Shown here one piece after another: positions 50,004-60,650 of a stretch of DNA of 64,000 nt. The translations under genes and the position numbers were made by a program. Each line of letters starts with the position of its first letter. Position 1 is the stretch's first letter. Below the pieces are notes generated by a model. It ran no database searches. It saw only the letters and a program-made list of their open reading frames with translations, and was not told the DNA's origin. Location: the NCBI GenBank assembly GCA_050230475.1, contig JBFLGF010000053.1:1-64000 (forward strand), written 5' to 3'. The stretch comes from Ancylonema sp. Its lineage: Eukaryota.

Positions 50004-53000
50004 CTATAGCCCGTAGTGTGCTTCTAGAGTATGTCTCCTCCATTGCTGGCTGAGTACGGGAGAGACCGCCCGGGGAAACTGTCGTGCCATATAAAATTCC
50101 AATTTGTGAGAAGTTTGTCTCACTGTGAGTGGTAGAAAAGCTAAACATAGTCCCCCTTTTTCCCAATCTGCTCTATAGAAGAAGAGATATTGCCATGGAT
50201 CTGAGTATCCTCCTATTGGTCCCAAAAATTAGTTTCCCCGTAATATGTCAAATTCTCGTGATGGTGACATATGCAATTCCAGGTAGATAGTTGTGGGATT
50301 GGGAGTTCCTCTGCCAATGTTGATGGGAAATTTCTCTATAGTAGATCCCAAGCTCATTTCTTGAGATCCCGATGCAGTGACGTAAGGTGTTCCAGATTTG
50401 AGCATATTTGCAGTGATGCCCATGCGATTGGCCGTAGGTCTGCCAATCATAGTTTTAATGGCCCCACTGTCAACTACATAGTTGGTTGGTATATGGACAT
50501 GAATGGTCAAGACTCCTTTGTTGTTTTTGAGAAGTGCAACACCGAAGTTGGTGTCTTGTCGGCTGCGGTTCTTGGTTTTTGGTGGGCTGACACTGCGGTG
50601 TACTGTTGTTGTGGTGTGGGCTGCAGTGCGTCGAGTAGTTCCTTGACCTGTTGTTCGGCCTTCTCTGCCACCTGCAATTGGGTACGTAACGCAAGTACGT
50701 GTGCATGCAAAGTGTCATGAAGTGCTTGTGCTTGAGGTAGGTAGTGGTAGAGGAGGTGGTGCCTATCATGAAATTGGTTCATGTTTGGTGTCCCTGCCTC
50801 GAGTCGGTTAGGAAATCTTGGTGTAAAGGAATCTGGCATTTTGGTAGAATACCCTTGTCGTCTGCCATAATCTTCACCTTCCCTATTTTGTATACCCAAC
50901 AATGTTTTTGGATGTGGTTCTGGGTAAGGTGTGGTAGACGTAGATGGTTCATGGTCTGGTAGATAATGCATTGGTAGTGGATTTGGTAGAGGTGGAATGG
51001 GTGTCCCTGCACCCTCTCCTGAAGGTAGTGGTGAGTGGAATTATGTGTTCGATCCTGAGCTTGGCGGTGTATCAAGCTGAACAAGTGGGTCATGAAATTG
51101 TGTTTGTTGGTTCTTTGCAATCTGCAGTATTCACATTGTGCATCTGAAGTAAATTCTTTTGCGTCATACTGACGTTCACGAGGTTTGAATGGTGGGTTGG
51201 TTTGTTGTCTATGCTCTTGGTTGCCTCCATAGTTTCCTCCCTTGAACTGTGTGTTCTGTGAAGGGTTGGTTTTGGAGCCTCCTGTCTGGTTCTGAGTTGT
51301 GGACTGATAGTTGTTTGGCTTCTTGTTTCTAGGACAATCCCGAGCCAGATGAGGTCCTCCATAAGAAAAACATGTCAATGGGATGTCTGAGCGTGGTGGA
51401 AATCCATTGTTTTGTCGTTGTTGTGTGGAAGGAGTAGAAGTTGTTTGTGGTCGAGTAAAAGATTTAGTAATTCGTGCGGCTCGATTATCTGCGTCTTGTT
51501 TCATTTTTAGAATTTCAGCCTTCTTTGCTTTCTCCATGATCTCTTTCCTAGTTATAGGTGGTAGTTGTGGTGTAGCGTAGTATCGGTGCTCAGACTCAGA
51601 GAAGTGCCAATCGTCAATGTAAGGTTGCAGAGACTGTGGAGTGTGCACTTGATAAAGTCTGGCCAATTGTTCTTATGTCATGGCACCGGCTTCTTGAACA
51701 ATGGTTGCTGGTTCGTTGAATCTGGCGTATGTACTTGCCACACTATTCGTGCAGTGAAATTTTCAATTTGTAAACCATATTCAGCTGCAGAGGTGCGAAA
51801 TCGTGTTTTCAGAATTGTGATGAGTTGTTCCAGTTCGGTTGGTTCAGGTATTAATGTTGGTTTCAATGGTCTTGGGTGTCCATCCATGCGTCCTTGAATG
51901 TTGTAGTAAGCCACATAAGCAAAATATTCTCGCCATAAATCCTTGTTGGTTTCTATGATAGGTAGGCCTCTGTGGTCACGAATAAACTGTTGCCATTCGC
52001 AATGTGCCTGTCCTTTTAGAAATTGCCCGGCTGTTAATATAGTATCCCAGTCAACATGTCCCATGCGTTGTGCACGCTGTTGGGTTCGATGGTACTCTCG
52101 TAGACTATCGATAAACTCATCTTGTTTCACTCCTGTGTCACCGTAGTGTGTTGGTAGTGGCGTTGGGTTAGCCATAGTGTGGTTTGTCCCACCTTTAATC
52201 CGTGCTCGATAGATTGGTAAGACAAGTGGAGGTGCTGTGATTGGTCCCGAAACTGGTAGAGGTGTCGATGGTTCAGGTGTGGTCCCCGATGTGGCTGGTG
52301 CAGCCATTATCGAAGTATCGACAATCTGGTCAGTTTGTGGGTCAATCGACATAACCGATCGAGTCAAAAAAATGTCTGCAAAGTTTTTTTCTGAAGAATT
52401 GGTGGGTACCGAATTATGTAGTTCGATATGGTTTGGCGGGAATTGTTGTAACCCTTGTTCAAAGTCTGATGAAGATTCAGATGGTTCACTGAACAAGTGA
52501 GGTGGTAATCTTTCGAAGTCTTCAAATTCTAATAGTGGTGTGTCAAACTGGTCTGTATTAGGGTTCTTGGTGTCTGTAGCTGGTGCAGTTGCTGTTTCAC
52601 CCGTTTCTCCTAATGGTATTTCCAATTTGGACAATCTTCCACTACTGTTTCTTGTTCACATACACTAGTAAAGTATTCTAGAACATTGAAGTAGGTAGTT
52701 TTTTTTTAAAAAAAAATGTTGATTTTTTACTTTAGTAAATTGACTTTCTGCGGTGATAAGACTTCCGTTGGTCTGATTGAAGTTGGGTTGCAGATTGAGT
52801 CTCTGCTGAGAACTAGGTTTTACGCTAATTCTATCACACTTTCTCGTGCGTGAATGTGTGGAACACAACTTGACGCCGAGGGCGAGTCGACAATTACTAT
52901 CAACAATAGAAAGTCTGGCAACAATAGAAAGTGTGGAAAGGATTATTGATGGTAAACAGAATATTCTCGTGTCGAATATTATGGTCGACAGCCGAAAGGT

Positions 53001-53044
53001 AAACTTTCGAGTAGAAAGTTTGGCTGTCAAACGGTGCGTTGACA
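50004..53044 (-). mobile_element. Decayed LTR-retrotransposon-like element: LTR-like end, gag-like ORFs with zinc knuckle, aspartic protease; no RT/integrase seen
   Basis: Begins TGTCAACGCACCG at 53044. ORFs 52634-51678 and 51666-50779 (CFSYGGPHLARDC, a degenerate CCHC), and 50510-50229 (VVDSGA...FDILRG). No second LTR found. Confidence 0.75.
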
Positions 53045-53076
53045 GATGGTAATTGATGGATGTGATGTGTTGTCAC

Positions 53077-53275
53077 TAGGGTGGGACCCGACCGCCAGAA
53101 TCCCAACGGTCTGGCTGGCAGTTGGCCAACCGCCAACCGCCAACCGCCTCCAACCGCCACCCAACCGTCCAACCGCCTTCCAACCGCCCAACCGCCATCC
53201 AACCGCCACCCAACCGCCACTCAACCGCCAAACAAGAGCCCGACGGCCGCCAATCCGCCCAACCGCCGACGGTTG
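53077..53275. repeat. hAT-like left end with (CAACCGCC)n subterminal array
   Basis: TAGGGTGGGA start followed by >10 CAACCG motifs. Confidence 0.55.
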
Positions 53276-54099
53276 GAAGGCGATTGCGGATCGTACGCTG
53301 AAACGTGTTAGGGCAAACCCTATGGACGCTTGCCCCTGCCCCTGCCCCGTTCGAAAACGAACGGAATCCCGAATTTCGTCGACCCGGGTTCGATTTGTCA
53401 TTTTTGGGCCAAAAAAGGCGAACCCTATGGACGCTGCCCCTTGCCCCTGCCCCTGGCTTGAAGCCATACAGCCGCTGGTGTAACGGCCCGAAGCCAGCCC
53501 CTGTATGGCTTCAAGCCAGGGGCTATCGAACCAATGAAATCGCGAGCCCGCACAGTCCCCCAAAGCGTGTGAATTGAACAGGATTGTGCCCCGCCGCGCC
53601 AATCTCTCTGTCCCTTTCGCGCACACACGCGTTCGGGGTCACCAGAAAATTATCTTCCTGGTCGTCGTCGCGGCGGAACCATGGCGGATCACACCCACGG
53701 TGAACAACTTAGGCGAGGGTGGAGGGCCGCAGATAGAGAATCGTGATTTTGCCGAAGGAAGTCCGTTAGGAATTTCTGGCCACTATTTCTGGTGGGCCTC
53801 TGGAAAAAAGATACAAGAAGGAAAACGAACTGAAATTAGCAGTGCTGCAGGAGAAGAGAGCGAGGGATACCAAGCAAGCAAGTCAGCAGGATGAGAATTT
53901 ACGTGTGAAAGATAATATGACAGTCCTCCAGTTGCGAAGTCTTGATGAAAGAGAAAGAGAAAATGACATGAGGCAAAACGGAAGAGGGATGAATATTACA
54001 GGACTGAAGAAATAGAGGCATACAGTCGTGCCCGGAATGGGGCACTGACGGCGTGGAGGGAACCTCTCCCTTTAAATCTGGGTTTAGGGGGGACGGAGG

Positions 54100-54650
54100 G
54101 TGCCAATGTGGAGGGGGGTAGGGGTGGCATGTGGGGGGGAGAACGGTATCGTAATACAGTGGGTAATGGGGTAGGAAGGGGAGAGGGGAGATGCTGGGAA
54201 GTGGGGGGAGGAGAGGTGGGGGGTCAAAGAGGGGAGGCGGGGGATGAGGGGGGTGGAGTAGGGGATGAGGGGGGTGTAGAAGGGGGTGACTAAAGAGAGG
54301 ATGGTTCTATGCAGAAAAGTATTGTAAACTAGTGGGTTATGGGGTAAGAAGGGGAGAGGGGGGAGGGTGGGGAGTGGAGGGAGAAGAGGTGGGGGGTGAG
54401 GGAGGGGGGGTGGGGGGTCAAGGAGGGGAGATGGGGGATGAGGAGGGTGGAGTAGGGGATGAGGGGGGTGTAGAAGGGGGTGACTAAAGAGAGGATGGTT
54501 TCAGGATTGTAGACGGGAATTAAAATAGTCAAAATATGTGGGGGATGAGGGAGGGGAGGTGGGGGATGAAGGGGGTGGAGATGGGGGCTGAGTAAAGAGA
54601 GGACGGTTTCAGGATGTAGACGGGAAATAATGTAAGCGAAGTATGTGGGG
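54100..54650 (+). repeat. G-rich purine tract with internally duplicated blocks
   Basis: GGGGATGAGGGGGGTGTAGAAGGGGGTGACTAAAGAGAGGATGGTT occurs twice, with a third diverged copy near 54560-54625. Confidence 0.75.
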
Positions 54651-55477
54651 GGATTTTGTTTTGGTGACGCTAATCGGAATAGTAATATTTGGTGTGTGCG
54701 AATCGTTCCATTTTAGTCATGTGTAGGTCAGGTGATGGATGACGCCCAATCTACTCTTTACTCTTTACTGTTTTCGAGAAGTAGGAGATGTACTGTATTT
54801 TGAATTGTTTCAGGCCTTGGTGCGCACAATTTGTTGAACATGAATAAATTATCTCACTTAACATGCAGCACTCAACACAAAACTCTTCAAAATGATTGGG
54901 AAGTTACGATAATATCTGGACGATAGATGTGTATAAATTTGAGAAGTTGTTGCTCGTTTGCTTAGGATCTCTCAAAATGTGTAAATGACTTGATGCTCAT
55001 GTAACATACAACCAATGTCATACTACATGTGGTGGTTTTTTATGAGTAGTAGAAGTAGTGACCATGTCATAAAGATTGTATTTACATTGTTTCTCAACAC
55101 ATACAACGCGTACGCGTGGCAACAAAACGATTTCACCAGATGTGAACACCAATGAAGTGCACAATGTATTGTATTGAACAAGAGTAAAAAATTGCTACCC
55201 AACACACGACGATAACATCGGAACAATTTCGTCCTTGATAAAACTAACTACAAATGACTATAAATAGTGCACATGGGTCGAAGTATCGCTTATGGATCCT
55301 CGTACAGTCCTGCAAGAAATGCACACAGAAATTGCGTTCAGTCCATAGCTTTGGCGTATGGCTAAAAGATGATTGCATTTCAATTCACAACGAATAACAA
55401 CAATGGTATCACATCGGAATAGGAAGGTAGTGCATTACATAAAAGATGAAGCTGCTCTCCACCCAAAGCACTTCGCG

Positions 55478-57138
55478 TCAGTCACTTGCTGGCCGCGTGG
55501 CCAACCACTGCCACACGTGCTTCACCAACGCATTCTTCAACGTACGACTGTTGGCTGCGCACTCAGTGTGAGCCAAGCCTTCCAAGAGGTCCAACCACGT
55601 GAATTTCCATGTGCCCGGTACAGGCACTGTGCCTTCAGCCTCCTCGGGCATTGCCTGCCAAGAGAAGGGTATTTCGCCGTGTGCCTCCGGTGACACTCGA
55701 GGTTGTGGCATGGAGAACCCGTCCTGCAATCCTCCCTCATAAAACAAAGAGTTAAGGACAAGTCCCCACAAATGTAATGTAACGTCATACCGTCATTAAC
55801 ATTATGAAATCTTAGTTTATTTTAAAATTCAGATATAACGCCAACACTCACGTGTGGAACAGCTGGCTGACCACCGCCCACGGACTCCACACCTTGACTC
55901 ACAGTCACCACGGGAGGCCTGGGAACTTGTTCAGGTGGATTCTTCCTAAAGTCTTCGGCCGCTTCTCCAGCTCGCTGCAGGTCCCTGATGGAGAGGTTGT
56001 GCAAGATTGCACACGTCTGCCAAATGGCACAGATATGCGCGACATCCCATTGCAATGCTGGCTTCTGAAGGATACCAAACTTCACTAGCATCCGCCCAAA
56101 AGCTATCTCAATGTCCTTTCTACAGGTCTCCTGGCAGGCAGCAAAAGCCTTCTCATCCTCCGTCACCGGTATCGGTATGGTTTTCAGGAAGTACGAAAAG
56201 AAGGGACAAATACCATCAGCTAAAAAATATAGACCCTCAAACTCCTCCCCATTTACAACATACTTCCACTTTCTAGCTAGACTCCGCAAGTATTTGTTCT
56301 TTATGCTCGACCTCTGTAAAACATTCAAGTCATTACAGGAGCCAGGCACACCACAAAACACATGCCACAAATACATGTCGTGTCCCGCTATCGCTTCCAT
56401 GATGACTGAACGCTTGTGATGCCTATCTTGAAACATGCCCTGCCAACGTACAGGACAATTCTTCCAATTCTAATGAACACAATCTATGGACCCTAACATC
56501 TTAGGGAATCCTCGGGCAGTATTGATCTCTACTTCCTTTTTCATTTCCTCCTCTGTCCACTCTCCCATAATGACACAGCCATAGAAAACGGAGCACCACT
56601 TCACGAACTGATCAAAACACTTTGCGGCCGTTGTTGCCGAGATGTCCGCGAGCTCGACAAGATGGTTAGCTGGAACTCCATAACATATCATTCGGAGAGC
56701 GGCGAACAATTTCTGAAGCCCTGTCAGACCCAATGTCCCTGTCGCGTCTCGTTTTTGCTTGAAATACTCGCACCCTCTAGTCGGATGTTGAGTGTCCAGA
56801 TATATCTTCTCTATGAGACGACGACTATGTCTCCACCTACGTCGGAAGAGACGCTCCGGTATTTTAGGCTCCACAGCTTCCGTCACAGTACCGTTCTCGT
56901 CCACAAACCTTGCCTTCCCGAAGTACTTCTTCATTATGGCCTCATGCCCGGCCGCATGATCCACTTCGCCTTTGGGCCCTCGACCGCTACAAGATTTCCT
57001 TCGTAACTCTGCTTCCATCGCCTCCTCGAAAGCCTGAATCTCATTCTGCAGATGGTTCCGTTCCCGCTGCAATTCTGGGTCCATGGTGTCATTGAAAATG
57101 GCTTCCTGCACCAGCTCATCGAGCTCGGAGTCATCCAT
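55478..57138 (-). pseudogene. Harbinger (Plant_tran/HARBI1-like) DDE transposase; exons 57138-55852 and 55723-55478; one in-frame TAG
   Basis: LFRRRWR, RDATG, AALRMICYG, RGFPKMLGSIDCVH*NWKNCP, GSCNDLNVL, YFLADGI, QETCRKDIEIAFG, CAILHN, C-terminal LKNALVKHVW; phase-0 GTGAGT..TTGCAG intron. Confidence 0.9.
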
Positions 57139-60100
57139 GGCACGATTGACATATTTTTCGCTACATCGCGTCTACTGCGGTACGAAATGCGCATACATAC
57201 TCGTAGAATTCAGCAGCATGCAGTGAAATTGAGAGGCAAATCAGGAAGTCCGGAGGGCACTCAGGTGGTTTTGGAGGGGGTAAAAGGCGGGGGGATGAAA
57301 ATTTGGGCGACGTGGACCCAATTACAAAAGTTGCGGCTGGCATGGGCTCAACAGGGTTGGGACGGGCTCCTCTTAATCGGATCATAGGGTTCGACGTTTT
57401 CGCGGCCAGCGGCTTGCCTCTCAAGGGCCTGAATGTTACGTCAAAAGTGGTCGGGTAACCTACTTATATGACGTCAAGTCAGGGGCAAGGGGCAGCGTCC
57501 ACCCAAAAATATCATGTTTAAATAAAGGGCTTACCTAGGTCGACGTTTAAATCAATAAATTCCCGCCCGACGTCGGGCGGGAGTTTAAATAATAACCTCT
57601 CTATTGTTTTATGTAATTATTGTTATCGCCCAAACCTTCCAAAAAAATAGTGTGCGGATCCGAGAGTGATTCTCTACATATCCGTACACATCCGTACTAA
57701 GAAGTTGGCCAACTTCTGGTTGGAGCGAGTATTTGGTTGTCGAACTCTACCACATATGGCAAAATAAATGACGTGACCAAGCACGACGACGACGCGTGAA
57801 GAATTTGAGGAGATGTGCAACCTAGGGGTCTAGCCAATTCGTCCTATTGTCATCGTAGACCCCCAAATACAAACGTCGTGCGTCACTACAACGGTCTTTG
57901 TACTTAGCGGATTAACCAAAACGTTGACTTCACGAAATTTTGGTTGTGGAAGTGCGATGACATATTTTCGAATGGTATGCCAGCAATGCTTTATAAAATA
58001 TATTTATACATATATTTATTGCTTATCACGCCATGGATTGACACATGTCATTTACCATATTCCAAAATCTAGAAATGCACGCATCGTCCTAGGCTATGTC
58101 TGTTCCCTTCTAGAGGGTGTGCGTTCTCAACGTTTTGACACAATTACTACCAAACGTGGGCAAAGCGTGCCCGCCCGTCTAGAGTGTAGAATCTCGGTAT
58201 CCTGAAGTTTTGGAAGTGTGGTAGCGTGACCCACTTAACCATTTTTTTCGGCGTATTGGAGCATCTTCAAGGCATTGACTTGACAACTGATGCGGGAATA
58301 TGCCATGATATTTTGTATAAATAACAAATCAATAACCGTGATATACGTGGCGAGACACTTGTTAGATAATTGTTTTTTTTTTTTTTTTTTTCAAAACAAA
58401 CAACTTGGTAAACAAAGACAACTTCATGTCAAGTGCGGAGTAGTCTACTAAAAAAATGTCACAATGATAGTTTATTCGGTATATATGGGCGTGTGATTTA
58501 TACTGCCAAAAGTTTATTCTTTTACAATATTGGCACTTTGAAATTCAAAAATCAAAACCCCTTGTGCTTGAAAATAACGTTCTTTAACAAGGCGATTCGG
58601 CGAGGAAATTTCGGTGCCAAATGCCTTGACAGAGGGTTTTTCTAAATTGAAGGAGCCTATGCAGAGGATTCCAATGCACATCTCATAGTAGTACCCGGAT
58701 GTGCGGACGCGTCCGTTAGCGGACGTGTTTCGGACGCGTCCGCAAGTTCCCAACGGACTTTTAGGTACCGGGACACTTTTAAGAGGTTTTAGATTTTGAA
58801 CCTCACCCCCACAATCCTACGACGTGAAACATGCCAATATCGAGGTCAGAATCCGTTAAAACGTGTTTTAAAGCTTCCATTTGGGTTGCACGACAATAGT
58901 TTGTCGTGTAGCCAGCTCCAATAACCTGGGAGATGCTAGAGACCCAAGAACGTAGTTTTATGACATTTAATTCGACGTGGCGGGCACTCGTACTACCCCC
59001 TAAAATATTTCCCGGTCGCAATTTTGTCGCGTAATGACTGCAATTGCAACTTCCCACAATCTGGGAGACGCATATAACTGTACGGTCGTGTAAAAACCTG
59101 TATAAACATGTACGGATCTGTATGGCTTTGTATGGATTCCGTACATTATTCCTTCACACGTTCGTGGGCCGGGAAAACATATTCCTTTAGAGAGTTATGC
59201 AGGTTTTGGAATAATTACACTCGCCCAACATCGGGACCGGGATTTTTTATTCCATTAGAGAGGTTATTCCTTTAGACAGTATTCTTTTAGTCAGGTTTTA
59301 CTGTATGTTACAGAGTTCACAAATTTTGAAGAACATCAATGGGTAGGGTTTCCTCTTGGAAGTGTGAAGCTCGTCACGAATACGACATGTGTCTTCTTAT
59401 GTCATCAACATAGTAGGAGTTTCTTGATGTTGTCGAGTTATCTCCTTTAACGCATGCCCGCTGGATCGTAGATCGGCAAAGTGCAAAATGGATCAAATTG
59501 TAAAATATTTCTTCAATGTGACTTGAATTCACACCTTATTCTAATTTGAGAACGATGTTTGAGATAAAAAAGGAAGGGGTTGTCTCAATCCACATTGCAT
59601 TCCCTCTCTTTAGTCTAAGCGTGTGCGAATAAACACAATAAGTCAGCCTCCACAAGCGCTCGCTCTACACGACAACCGTCATCCAAACGCAATTCCTTCC
59701 ATCGCATGTCATCTTTGAACCTTCTGCAAGTGACAGTGAGTCACATTTATGATTGGCAGGAACTGTATAGCCCCCCCTCCATAGTACCCACCGCACCGCA
59801 CCCTAACACAAACCCATTGAGCTACTCGTCTACCTTGAGAAACCTACTCGTCCCTCTATCCACACATTTGCATATTGTTGGTATCAATATCTCCAAACGG
59901 TCGTTTCTCGCATTCTTGATAGCCCCTAGTGGTCCAATCAAAAAGCGTACAAAAAGCACCGAGTAAAGAAGCACCCAATGAAAACAAAATAACCGAGTAG
60001 TACAAGTACCGCATACAACAAGTACTCTGTAGTAAGCCTCTCCTCTCGACCACTCCCCGAAATTCAGCGCGATGTATTAAAGAAGCACCAAAGACGACAC

Positions 60101-60162
60101 AAGAAAACTGGAACCGAGTGCAACAAGTACTCCCCAGTACTCTCTAGTACGCCTCCTGCTCT

Positions 60163-60438
60163 CTACCACTCCCCGAAGTTGAGCGCGATGTACCCCGAGT
60201 TCACCCGCCCGTTGGTGTTCCGCAGCTCGTTGATGAGTCGGTTCCAGTGCGACTTCAGGATGCCCACAAAGTAGTCGCTCTGGGCGGAGATCTGGAGGTT
60301 CACCAGACTCGTCTCCAGGAGGTATTTGTGACCCACCTCCGTTTCGTAGTCGGCCATCGTTTTGTGGGTCGTCACCCTCTTCCCCACCGTGTAGAGCACG
60401 CGCCAGTCCGGGTACTCTTTCAGCTCGTTGATAACCGG
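60163..60438 (-). CDS. Last exon of a plant alpha-(1,6)-fucosyltransferase-like (GT23-like) gene
   Basis: cgcag|PVINELKEYPDWRVLYT...TMADYE...SLVNLQISAQSDYFVGILKSHWNRLINELRNTNGRVNSGYIALN fits the C-terminal motif of this family. Confidence 0.75.
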   Translation of the reverse strand, partial: PVINELKEYPDWRVLYTVGKRVTTHKTMADYETEVGHKYLLETSLVNLQISAQSDYFVGILKSHWNRLINELRNTNGRVNSGYIALNFGEW

Positions 60439-60488
60439 CTGCGGGTACGTACGGACGGAGGGACGTGTACGGGTCAGAGGGAGAGGTT

Positions 60489-60489
60489 N
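60489..60489. other. Single N: probable contig join or gap
   Basis: Only ambiguous base noticed; sequence character changes across it. Confidence 0.8.
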
Positions 60490-60650
60490 AGAGTTTTACA
60501 AAAAGTTGTTGGATTTTTCGGAGTACTGATTCAAACTTCACACAAAATCATGAAATCGCTATATCGAATCTGGTTGCTTATAACAAGATATTTTACTAGA
60601 GAGGTTTGGATATTGTTACAAAGGGGTTTTACCCTTAACGATCTCTAACG

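Larger units (their letters stand above)
53311..57510. mobile_element. PIF/Harbinger DNA transposon, right terminus eroded
   Basis: TTA|GGGCAAACCCTATGGACGC left end. CAGGGGCAAGGGGCAGCGTCCA at 57480-57501 is the reverse complement of the subterminal repeat at ~53428-53449. Contains a transposase gene. Confidence 0.75.

Noticed and set aside
49700..50004. Methyltransferase/RT domain or 3' LTR downstream of the protease
   Set aside because: No motif and no second copy of the TGTCAACGCACCG terminus is visible.
53574..54050. Harbinger Myb/SANT gene
   Set aside because: Only short ORFs without the spaced tryptophan pattern; cannot be supported.
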